Shown here in pieces: positions 8,096 to 15,669 of a stretch of DNA of 32,000 nt (position 1 is its first letter; each line of letters starts with the position of its first letter). The DNA is taken from contig OY969938.1 in NCBI GenBank assembly GCA_963704755.1, forward strand, positions 270,001-302,000. The letters run 5' to 3'. Under the pieces are notes generated by a model that worked only from the letters and a program-made list of their open reading frames with translations, made no database searches and had not been told where the DNA came from. A program made the position numbers and the translations under genes. Source of the DNA: an uncultured Chloroflexia bacterium. Its GTDB lineage: Bacteria > Chloroflexota > Anaerolineae > Anaerolineales > Anaerolineaceae.

Positions 8096-8151
8096 TTTCC
8101 CTATTCGAGGTGTTTGGGGATGCAGCACAACTCCAAACGTCTCGAATAGGG
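8096..8151 (+). repeat. Palindromic repeat element, copy B (shares a 21-nt core with 3385-3405)
   Basis: Core TTTCCCTATTCGAGGTGTTTG lies at 8096-8116. 8099-8119 pairs with 8131-8151: CCCTATTCGAG/CTCGAATAGGG is fully Watson-Crick. The stem then extends inward, with three of the added pairs being G-T (8110/8140, 8111/8139, 8118/8132). Confidence 0.8.
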
Positions 8152-8340
8152 CCTTTTCCAGGCCAGTCGAAGCAATCACGGAACATCCATTTATTAAAAA
8201 TAGACATTTTCTGCTGTACGAGATAGTGCCGCGGATAATTCCAGGGTATGACAGCGTTCAGGTCCAGCTATGACAGGCGTCATGTTCCCTTATTAACCCT
8301 GTCAATGGATCGGCGTTTTCAATCGTGATATCATGACTCC

Positions 8341-9600
8341 ATGGAATATAGCGACAAGATCGAGCCGGGGGTCGTGCGGACATTCCGGAATTTCACCGGG
8401 ATACGCCTGATCTTATTAGCTTTAACCATCCTGTTCCCGTTGATCGATCCACGAGGATCGGTGCTTTTTGGCTCTACACCGGGTAGCTGGCTGATCACCT
8501 TCATCGATATCATCTTCCTAATCGGTTACCTGACCTGGTCGAAACCCCGGCAATTATTGAAAAACTTTTACCTGCCCCTCGGAATTGCCTGGGCCTCGGT
8601 TGGGCCAATCATCGAAGCAAACCTGAAGTTCTTTTTCACGGTAAATACCTTATCGATCAACCGGTCTATATTGGATTCATGGCAGTTGATGCCTATCCTG
8701 TTCATCCCGCTGGTGATTATTAGCTGGCAATATACTTCTCGCGAAGTGATCTATTTTTGCGTGGGAACGGCCATCCTGGACGCAGTTCCGCTGGCATTAC
8801 AGTTGTTCATCGATCAGCCGTATTATGCCCCCCCACTGCCCTTATTGATGATCAATTTCACCCGTATGATTACGTTTTATTTTGTGGGGATCATGATCAA
8901 CAACTTGATGTCCACCCAGCGCGTCCAAAAGAAAGAGCTGACCCAGGCCAATACGCGTCTCGCCCAATATGCCAACACACTGGAAGAATTGACCGTCAGC
9001 CGGGAACGCAATCGCCTGGCTCGCGAGCTGCACGACGTTTTGGCCCATACCCTTAGCAGCGTGGCGGTCGAATTGGAAGCCGTGAAAGCGCTGTGGGATG
9101 TGGACAAAGAAAAAGCGCGGGCGATGCTCAATCATTCGCTTCTCGCGACCCGTGAGGGCCTGACCGAATCACGGCGCGCCTTACAGGAGCTGCGCGCCAC
9201 TCCCCTGGAAGACCTCGGTCTGGCCTTGGCCGTGCGAAATTTAGCCGAATCATTTTCCAATCGCATGGGCGTCCAATTGGATTTGCAGGTCGAAGAGGAT
9301 TTACCCGATTATCCTCCCCAGATCCAACAATGCATTTACCGAATTACCCAGGAAGCTCTCACCAATATTGCCGAACATGCTGGCGCAAGCCAGGTAGGCG
9401 TCAGTCTGGGTCGCGAGAACAGGCAATTAAAGCTGCAAATCTGTGATAATGGCCGCGGGTTCGATACCGAAATGCTCGCCGACGACCATTTCGGGCTCAA
9501 AGGAATGCGCGAACGGGTGGAAATGGTCGGTGGGGATTTCATCTTGAAGAGTGATAAAGGCTCCGGAACTTTGATTACAGTTTTATGTGGAGATAACTGA
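8341..9600 (+). CDS. Sensor histidine kinase, HisKA_3 (NarX/LiaS/DesK-like) class, with a polytopic N-terminal membrane sensor domain
   Basis: About 5-6 predicted TM helices in the first 190 aa. H-box RNRLARELHDVLAHTLSS, N-box EALTNIAEHAG, G-boxes DNGRGF and GLKGMRERVEMVGG. Confidence 0.9.
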   Translation: MEYSDKIEPGVVRTFRNFTGIRLILLALTILFPLIDPRGSVLFGSTPGSWLITFIDIIFLIGYLTWSKPRQLLKNFYLPLGIAWASVGPIIEANLKFFFTVNTLSINRSILDSWQLMPILFIPLVIISWQYTSREVIYFCVGTAILDAVPLALQLFIDQPYYAPPLPLLMINFTRMITFYFVGIMINNLMSTQRVQKKELTQANTRLAQYANTLEELTVSRERNRLARELHDVLAHTLSSVAVELEAVKALWDVDKEKARAMLNHSLLATREGLTESRRALQELRATPLEDLGLALAVRNLAESFSNRMGVQLDLQVEEDLPDYPPQIQQCIYRITQEALTNIAEHAGASQVGVSLGRENRQLKLQICDNGRGFDTEMLADDHFGLKGMRERVEMVGGDFILKSDKGSGTLITVLCGDN

Positions 9601-10262
9601 TGATCCGTGTGCTTATCTGCGATGATCAAACGGTGGTTTGCGAGGGGCTGAAAGCCATTCTTGGTACTGAGCCCGACATTAACGTAGTGGGTGTTGCCTA
9701 TAATGGCCTGGAAGCTTTGGAGAAAATCGAGGTTGACCACCCCGACCTGGTGTTGATGGACTTGAAGATGCCCGAAATGAACGGCATTCAGGCCACTCAG
9801 GCCATCCGCGAAAAACACCCGGAGATCATGGTGCTGGTTTTGACCACCTACGACGCCGACGAATGGGTGTTCGACGCAATCCGGGCCGGAGCCGCCGGCT
9901 ATCTGCTCAAAGACACCCCACGGGACGAATTGATCAACGCGGTTAAAAACACGTTGAAAGGGCACACTTTCGTCGATTCAAAAGTTGCCGGCAAATTACT
10001 GCATCAAATCGCCCAAACCCGGCCTTTTGCGCCTGATCCCGTGATGGTTAACAAGCTCAGTGACCGCGAAATCGATGTCCTCAAGCTGATCGCGCGCGGT
10101 TATTCCAACACAGAGATCGCTTCACGCCTGTTCCTCTCCGAAGGCACCGTGCGTAATTACGTCAGCACTATCTTGAGCAAACTGGATGTAGCCGACCGGA
10201 CCCAGGCGGCCGTATTGGCCATGCGCATGGGCTTTGGCGGAGTCAACGAAAATCATCTATAG
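9600..10262 (+). CDS. Response regulator, NarL/LuxR (FixJ) family
   Basis: Receiver domain (ICDDQ, LVLMDLKMPEMNG, KDTP) plus a LuxR HTH (LSDREIDVLKLIARGYSNTEIASRLFLSEGTVRNYVSTILSKL). Its ATG overlaps the kinase stop (TGATG). Confidence 0.92.
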   Translation: MIRVLICDDQTVVCEGLKAILGTEPDINVVGVAYNGLEALEKIEVDHPDLVLMDLKMPEMNGIQATQAIREKHPEIMVLVLTTYDADEWVFDAIRAGAAGYLLKDTPRDELINAVKNTLKGHTFVDSKVAGKLLHQIAQTRPFAPDPVMVNKLSDREIDVLKLIARGYSNTEIASRLFLSEGTVRNYVSTILSKLDVADRTQAAVLAMRMGFGGVNENHL

Positions 10263-10362
10263 CCATTCTGATACAGCTCGGGCAATTCAAGGCGCAAGAC
10301 GTTTTCGTTGTTTTTGATCTCTTCTCACAGAAAAATAACAAGAACGCTTTTACGACGTCAAA

Positions 10363-10581
10363 TTAGGAGAGAAGGGAACAGAATGAAGCCTGATTTTCTT
10401 GACGATGACTTCTCAGGTTGCAGCTTTTATAGCATAGACCGCAACTGTCACAACGCTTCTGATCGATTTCTAAAGAATGATCGGAAAACTGGACGATAGC
10501 ATCCAATGGGCAAACTTTTATACACGTCAAACAACCTTTGCACAATTCCTTGCGAATATAATATTGATACATTTTGAACAC
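10363..10581 (-). CDS. Small 2x[4Fe-4S] ferredoxin
   Basis: 72 aa with CKGCLTCIKVCP (CxxCxxCxxxCP) and CDSCGLCYKSC (CxxCxxCxxxC). GTG start at 10581 with GAGG 7 nt upstream; an alternative ATG lies at 10572. Confidence 0.7.
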   Translation of the reverse strand: MFKMYQYYIRKELCKGCLTCIKVCPLDAIVQFSDHSLEIDQKRCDSCGLCYKSCNLRSHRQENQASFCSLLS

Positions 10582-10590
10582 GAAAATACC

Positions 10591-11549
10591 TCAAAAGTTA
10601 TTGGAACTTTGTTTTAAATAAGGTCCGCAAATAGATCGCATACATTTCTTAAAAAATTCAATAAAAGCAATTTCGTTTGCGGTTCGAACCACGTCCGGTC
10701 TGGAAAGGATGCCTACCTCAAGGGAGACACTGTCTTTGATTGGAGTGGATACGAGGTGATCCGGCATCTTGTTCAGAAATACCGAGAGTGCATCAGTGAT
10801 CGTCACCGCCTCATTTTTTTTCACCTTTTGCATGATCATGCGCACATCGGAAATTTTCATGTAGAGGTCCTGCTTACCGGTATCGGCAAACAGGTGCCAA
10901 ATGACATCCTCTAGCAGCTCTTCGTTATAGTAAATCAGCGGCATGGAGAAGATATCCTTTTTTTCGATAAAACCTTTGTTTGCCAATGGGGAACGGTCAT
11001 TTACCAGCAGCATAATCTCGGTTGAAACAAGCGGTTCAAATTGTCCGCAGGCGATATCCATTGTTTCGATTGTATAGGACGGGATGCTGATGATGTAGAT
11101 CGCGTTACACGGGGCTGGCGGCTGAGCACACAATATTTCCGGGATACTTTTTTCGCTGATCCGCAGCATGTCACGGAAAGGACTGGCGACAAAGAAATCT
11201 TCAAGCAAGGGAAAAAACGTGGTCAGGACAAAGGGCGTGATAACAATTTCGATGTAATTATCCTTCTGGTTGAGGCAGCTCCCCACACGAAGCGGCGAAT
11301 AATTGCAGATGTTTATAGGCGGCGATTACTTTGGTGGCTTCTCTCGACAAATTGCCGGCCTTCCCCCGTCAACTGCAAAATGTTGTTATTTCGATCAAAC
11401 AATTGTATTTCAAATTGTTGTTCGATGGTTTGGATTATACGGCTCAGTCCCTGCTGTGAAATATAAAATTTTTTGGCAGTGCGTGAAATTGAACCGGTTT
11501 GAGCCACCTCGAGAAAATATTCCAAATACTCAATACGCACGGCTATCAC
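10591..11549 (-). pseudogene. LysR-family transcriptional regulator, disrupted by two +1 frame changes (track ORFs 11313-11549 and 10591-11286)
   Basis: The HTH part MIAVRIEYLEYFLEVAQTGSISRTAKKFYISQQGLSRIIQTIEQQFEIQLFDRNNNILQLTGEGRQFVERS ends at TAA 11313. The linker helix continues in the +1 frame as ATKVIAAYKHLQLFAASCGELPQPEG. The effector domain DNYIEIVITPFVLTTFFPLL... continues in the next +1 frame. Confidence 0.7.
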
Positions 11550-11654
11550 TTCCTCACATATTCTCGATCAAAAGGGATAAAGGATTTACGAGGTAAATGT
11601 AACAATTTATATACAACAATATTATAGGCCAAAGAGTACTGAAAATTTTAAGGT

Positions 11655-11703
11655 AAATGGACATGGAATCCACAACAAAATATTGTGGATTCCATGTCCA
11701 TTT
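11655..11703 (+). repeat. Perfect 21-bp-stem hairpin, terminator-like, immediately upstream of the oxidoreductase promoter
   Basis: AAATGGACATGGAATCCACAA-caaaata-TTGTGGATTCCATGTCCATTT, followed by TTCTGTTTG and preceded by GAAAATTTTAAGGT. Confidence 0.85.
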
Positions 11704-11709
11704 TTCTGT

Positions 11710-11738
11710 TTGTCCTTTATTTTATCGATCTCTATAAT
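11710..11738 (+). promoter_or_regulatory. Sigma-70-type promoter for the oxidoreductase operon
   Basis: TTGTCC (11710-11715), a 17-nt spacer, then TATAAT (11733-11738). It lies about 140 nt upstream of ATG 11876. Confidence 0.5.
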
Positions 11739-11875
11739 GTATGCGCATGGCGTAATGACAAATTTGTCTGGACTTGCTTTGTTTACATCGAAAAATAGGA
11801 GGGCTTCAAGTTTTGAGCTGTGCTGATGCCCAATACTGGTTTAGGGCAAATCGATGAAAAAGGGAGTGAAATCTT

Positions 11876-14215
11876 ATGTCGTCTATCATCCCCTTGCCGA
11901 ACGGTGGCAAGATCGTAAAAACCAACTGTTTCGAATGTCACGCGAAGTGCGGGGTTTTGTGTGAAGTCGATAAGGACGGGAAATTAATAAAGGTCAAAGG
12001 GAACCCTGAAGATCCGCGCAGCCAAGGACGGATGTGCGGTAAAGGCCTTTCCGCAACCAAAATTTTGTATGATCCCCATCGCCTGCGATATCCCTTGCGA
12101 CGGGTCGGTGCAAGAGGAGAAGGAAAATGGGAGCAAATTAGTTGGGACGAGGCCATGGATTGGTTGGTCGAAAAGGTGAAAGACATCACCGCACATTACG
12201 GTGCCGAGGCAATTGCTTATGGCCAGGGAACCGGACGCGGCACGAACCAATGGACCGCTCGTTCCGGTAATGCGGGTGGCCGGGTCCATCACAGTTTAGC
12301 ACCTGGAAACATCTGCCTTGTTCCCATGATGGTTCAGGCATTTCTCCAATTCGGAATGTTTCCCACCTTCGACGGTTGTGATTTCGACAACGCGGACTGC
12401 ATCGTGTTCTGGGGTGCCAATTCGGTTTGGACGGAACCCACCTATACCGCCGGACAATATGGCCGAAGCCGGGACCGCGGCGCCAAGTTGATTGTGATCG
12501 ACCCATTTTACGAGCACCCTTTGGCCGCGAGGGCCGATTATTTTGTCCCGTTGCGGCCTGGGTCTGACCCATACCTTGCCATGGCCTGGCTCAACGTCAT
12601 TATCAATGAAGATTTGTATGACCATAAGTTTACCCAGAAATACACCAATGCCCCGGTGCTGATTATCGAAGGGCCAGAAGTTCCCCTTAACGAATCCATG
12701 CTCAAAGAAGGGGGTAAGCCCGAGGTAATGCTTGTCTGGGATAGGAAAAGCCAATCCCTGGTATCGACCTTCTCGAAGGATGTCGACGAAGATATCAACT
12801 ATCGGGGTACGGTGACTACGCTAGACGGTAAGGTTTTGCAGGTAAAAACGATTTGGCTTGGCCTGAAGGAACGCGCCGATGCCTTTCCGCCGGAAAAAGC
12901 GGCCGAACTGTGTTGGATCAAGCCTCAGGTGATCATCGATTCCGCGCGCGCGTATGCCAATGCGCCTGCCGCAACCATCAATGTATTTCAGGGTGTCGAA
13001 GAGCAAACCAACTGTAAAGATACGCTGCAACTGGTCAATATTCTCATCGCCATTACCGGCAACCTGGAGAAAAAGGGCGGTAACCTCAGCATGCCGTTTT
13101 GGAACCAGATGGGCAAACTTCCGGGAAAGGAACCGCCTACTCAAAGGCAGCTACGCCTCACCGATGAAAGGGCCAAAGGCCAGATCTACGGCATCTCCAA
13201 CCCAACCAACGTGTTTCAGGCGATGCGTACCGGAAAGCCTTACCCCGTGAAGGGCTACATCACAGTACAGGGTAATCCTCTTTCCTGGGCAGAAAACACC
13301 AGCCTGGTGAAGGAATCCTTGATGAGCCTGGATCTTCTCTGCGTGATGGACTATTACATGTCGCCAACCTGTGAAATTGCAGACCTGGTGCTGCCTTCCA
13401 CCCATTGGACGGAGCGCGACTATCTGGCCGACGAAGTATGCAGCCAATGGGTATTCGGCCAGCAGAAGGCAGTGGAGCCTATGTATGAGCGCAAAAGCGA
13501 TGTCTGGTTTTGGCGGACGTTCGGGCACCGGCTCAATCCCGAATGGTGGCCCTGGGAAACGGACGAGGAGCTCTTTAACTGGCAGTTGGAGCAAACTCAC
13601 GCCGGCATAACCTGGGAGGAATTGAAGGATCAGTGGATCTACAAGGTTAAGGACATGCCCAGCCGCGAATTTGAGAAGAACGGGTTCCCGACGCCATCAG
13701 GAAGAGCAGAGCTTTATTCGGTCGTCGAGCTTATTATGGGTTCATCGCCGTTTCCCGCGGCTACTGAAGTCAAAGAAGGGCCTTATTCGACGCCTGAGCT
13801 GGCGAAAGAATATCCGCTCATCGGTATCACCGGCCGGCGTTATCCCATTTATTATCACTCGGCTTATCGCGGTATCCCGCATCTCCGGGAATTGGTACCC
13901 GAGCCACAGGTGGTTTTCTCTTCCAAGCTGGCCAAAAAATTGGGGATCGAGGAAGGTGAAGACGTCTGGATCGAATCACCCACGGGGCGCATCACCATGA
14001 AAGCCAGGCCCTCGGACGGGATCAATGAACGGGTCTGCGTGATTCCTCACGGCTGGTGGCAAGCCTGTCCGGAATTGGGTCTCCCGGGATATCCGAACGG
14101 TAGTGCCATGGCCAACACCATCACCAGCGACCGGGTATACAACGATGAATATTTGACGCCGGGTCTGCGTAGCACGATGTGCCGAATCGTCAAAAAGAAA
14201 GTGGGAGAAATGTAA
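11876..14215 (+). CDS. Molybdopterin (Mo/W-bis-PGD) oxidoreductase catalytic subunit, DMSO-reductase superfamily (Psr/Phs/acetylene-hydratase-like); no Tat signal
   Basis: 779 aa. N-terminal FS0 [4Fe-4S] motif CFECHAKC-x27-CGKG. Candidate Mo/W ligand Cys in APGNICLVPMM. MGD-binding segments (KLIVIDP, KPYPVKGYITVQGNP, ADLVLPSTHWTERD) and the C-terminal beta-barrel domain (VWIESPTGRITMKA). GGGAG SD 9 nt before the ATG. There is no RRxF motif. Confidence 0.9.
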   Translation: MSSIIPLPNGGKIVKTNCFECHAKCGVLCEVDKDGKLIKVKGNPEDPRSQGRMCGKGLSATKILYDPHRLRYPLRRVGARGEGKWEQISWDEAMDWLVEKVKDITAHYGAEAIAYGQGTGRGTNQWTARSGNAGGRVHHSLAPGNICLVPMMVQAFLQFGMFPTFDGCDFDNADCIVFWGANSVWTEPTYTAGQYGRSRDRGAKLIVIDPFYEHPLAARADYFVPLRPGSDPYLAMAWLNVIINEDLYDHKFTQKYTNAPVLIIEGPEVPLNESMLKEGGKPEVMLVWDRKSQSLVSTFSKDVDEDINYRGTVTTLDGKVLQVKTIWLGLKERADAFPPEKAAELCWIKPQVIIDSARAYANAPAATINVFQGVEEQTNCKDTLQLVNILIAITGNLEKKGGNLSMPFWNQMGKLPGKEPPTQRQLRLTDERAKGQIYGISNPTNVFQAMRTGKPYPVKGYITVQGNPLSWAENTSLVKESLMSLDLLCVMDYYMSPTCEIADLVLPSTHWTERDYLADEVCSQWVFGQQKAVEPMYERKSDVWFWRTFGHRLNPEWWPWETDEELFNWQLEQTHAGITWEELKDQWIYKVKDMPSREFEKNGFPTPSGRAELYSVVELIMGSSPFPAATEVKEGPYSTPELAKEYPLIGITGRRYPIYYHSAYRGIPHLRELVPEPQVVFSSKLAKKLGIEEGEDVWIESPTGRITMKARPSDGINERVCVIPHGWWQACPELGLPGYPNGSAMANTITSDRVYNDEYLTPGLRSTMCRIVKKKVGEM

Positions 14216-14829
14216 TGGGTGAGACAAAAAAACCAATTCGCTACGGATTACTGATCGATCTCGACAAATGTACTGGCTGCCAGGCTTGCAGTGTGGCCTG
14301 CAAAATGGAAAACAACGTGGACCTTGGCGTGTTTTTGAACCGGGTAAAGCGCCTAGGCCCAGTCGGAGAATTTCCCGACAATCTGGAAATGTTCTTTTTC
14401 CCAAACCAATGTATGCATTGTGAAAACCCAACCTGCATCGAAGTGTGCCCAACCAAGGCCACCTACAAGACCGATACCGGTGTGGTTTTGGTGGACGGCG
14501 ATCGCTGCTTTGGCTGCCAGTATTGTATCTGGGCCTGCCCATACGAGGCCCGCACCCTGAATCCGAAGACGAAAACGGTGCAGAAATGCACCCTTTGTAT
14601 CCATTTATTGGAAAAAGGCGAGCCGCCCATGTGCGTGTACACCTGCACGACGCACGCCCGCTACGCCGGCGACATCAATGACCCGGACAGTGAAATTTCT
14701 CGTGTACTTGCAGCCAACAAGGATAGGCAGTTCAAAATCCATCCAGAATTCAGAAATAACCCTTCCGTCATTTATTTGGCGCCGAGGAAAGGAGCTGAAA
14801 CGCTATGCCAGTCCATAAAGCGCTCTTGA
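14215..14829 (+). CDS. 4Fe-4S dicluster electron-transfer subunit (DmsB/PsrB/NrfC family, four clusters)
   Basis: Four Cys groups: CTGCQACSVACK, CMHCENPTCIEVCP, CFGCQYCIWACP, CTLC...CVYTC. ATG 14215 overlaps the alpha-subunit stop (TAATG), with GGGAG upstream. The track start 14179 lies inside the alpha gene. Confidence 0.88.
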   Translation: MGETKKPIRYGLLIDLDKCTGCQACSVACKMENNVDLGVFLNRVKRLGPVGEFPDNLEMFFFPNQCMHCENPTCIEVCPTKATYKTDTGVVLVDGDRCFGCQYCIWACPYEARTLNPKTKTVQKCTLCIHLLEKGEPPMCVYTCTTHARYAGDINDPDSEISRVLAANKDRQFKIHPEFRNNPSVIYLAPRKGAETLCQSIKRS

Positions 14830-15647
14830 TTTCCACCACATGCCAGCGATTCAGCCTGGGTACGTTCCTTTGTTGTTTTGTCGCCACAAAATTCATGGGT
14901 GTTGCACTGCCAATGAATATCATCGCACTGGCGTCGCTATTCTTACTGGGTGTGGGTGGTATTGCCTCCGCGTTCCATCTGCGCAGACCGGAACGTTTTT
15001 TTAACGCCTTCACAAATTTGGGCTCTCATTTAACGCAGGAAGCCTATATCACCCCGTTTTTAGGTGTTGCCCTGCTCGCCTGCGGGGTTGACGGGTTCTT
15101 TTTACACCTGGGTGCGGCAACCGACTTCGTTTACTGGGTTTCGGTGATTTTGTCGCTCATTTTTCTGATCAGTACTGGGCTTGTTTATCAGTTAAGTTCC
15201 CGCCCGGCCTGGAACACTCCTCTGGTCCTGAGTATATTCCTGCTGACCTCGGCCGAGCTGGGGACGATCACAACGATTGCCATCGTTCTTGGCCTCGGCG
15301 CTGCGGTTCCGGCCGGGTTGGCCGTAATGGCATTCCTTGCTCTGGCGCTTTGTCTGATTTGCCAATTTTTCTATACGAACCGGCTGAAATCTGTTGGCTA
15401 TGGGGTAGATGTTTTTGTTAATCAAGACCCCTATAAAACAACTTATACAGTTTGGGTAGTTTTTGGCCTGGTGGCGCTGGCAGGCGCTCTGGTGGCTTCA
15501 GTTGCGCTGCACTCGGCGGTTGCCGCTTATGCAGGTGTAATCTGCGCCCTGGTTGGTATCGTCTATTGGACGGTACTTTTCTATAAAGTGGCGCTGAAAG
15601 TAAAAATGTTCCCCATGTATCGTGTTGACTTAAATCTTAATATGTAA
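14805..15647 (+). CDS. DmsC/NrfD-type integral membrane anchor subunit
   Basis: 280 aa with about 8 TM helices. Family hallmark FHLRRPERFFNAFTNLGSHLTQEA, comparable to HLGRPxR...SWLSRE in DmsC-type anchors. AGGAG lies 9 nt before the ATG. It overlaps the beta gene by 25 nt. Confidence 0.75.
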   Translation: MPVHKALLISTTCQRFSLGTFLCCFVATKFMGVALPMNIIALASLFLLGVGGIASAFHLRRPERFFNAFTNLGSHLTQEAYITPFLGVALLACGVDGFFLHLGAATDFVYWVSVILSLIFLISTGLVYQLSSRPAWNTPLVLSIFLLTSAELGTITTIAIVLGLGAAVPAGLAVMAFLALALCLICQFFYTNRLKSVGYGVDVFVNQDPYKTTYTVWVVFGLVALAGALVASVALHSAVAAYAGVICALVGIVYWTVLFYKVALKVKMFPMYRVDLNLNM

Positions 15648-15669
15648 TTTCACGAAGGAGAATCATCTT

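Noticed and set aside
9336-9965. 209-aa minus-strand ORF spanning the kinase/regulator junction, and similar long antisense ORFs (16363-16938, 13976-14542, 22615-23175, 22415-22957)
   Set aside because: All overlap genes with strong family motifs on the other strand or frame. They show no SD or domain signatures. These are typical shadow ORFs of GC-biased coding sequence.
11876-14215. Calling the catalytic subunit acetylene hydratase, or formate dehydrogenase because of the OFA-like MFS transporter
   Set aside because: The residue after the second FS0 cysteine is His, not the Asp essential in acetylene hydratase. The candidate Mo ligand context (NICLVP) lacks the Cys/Sec-His pair of formate dehydrogenases, and there is no in-frame TGA.
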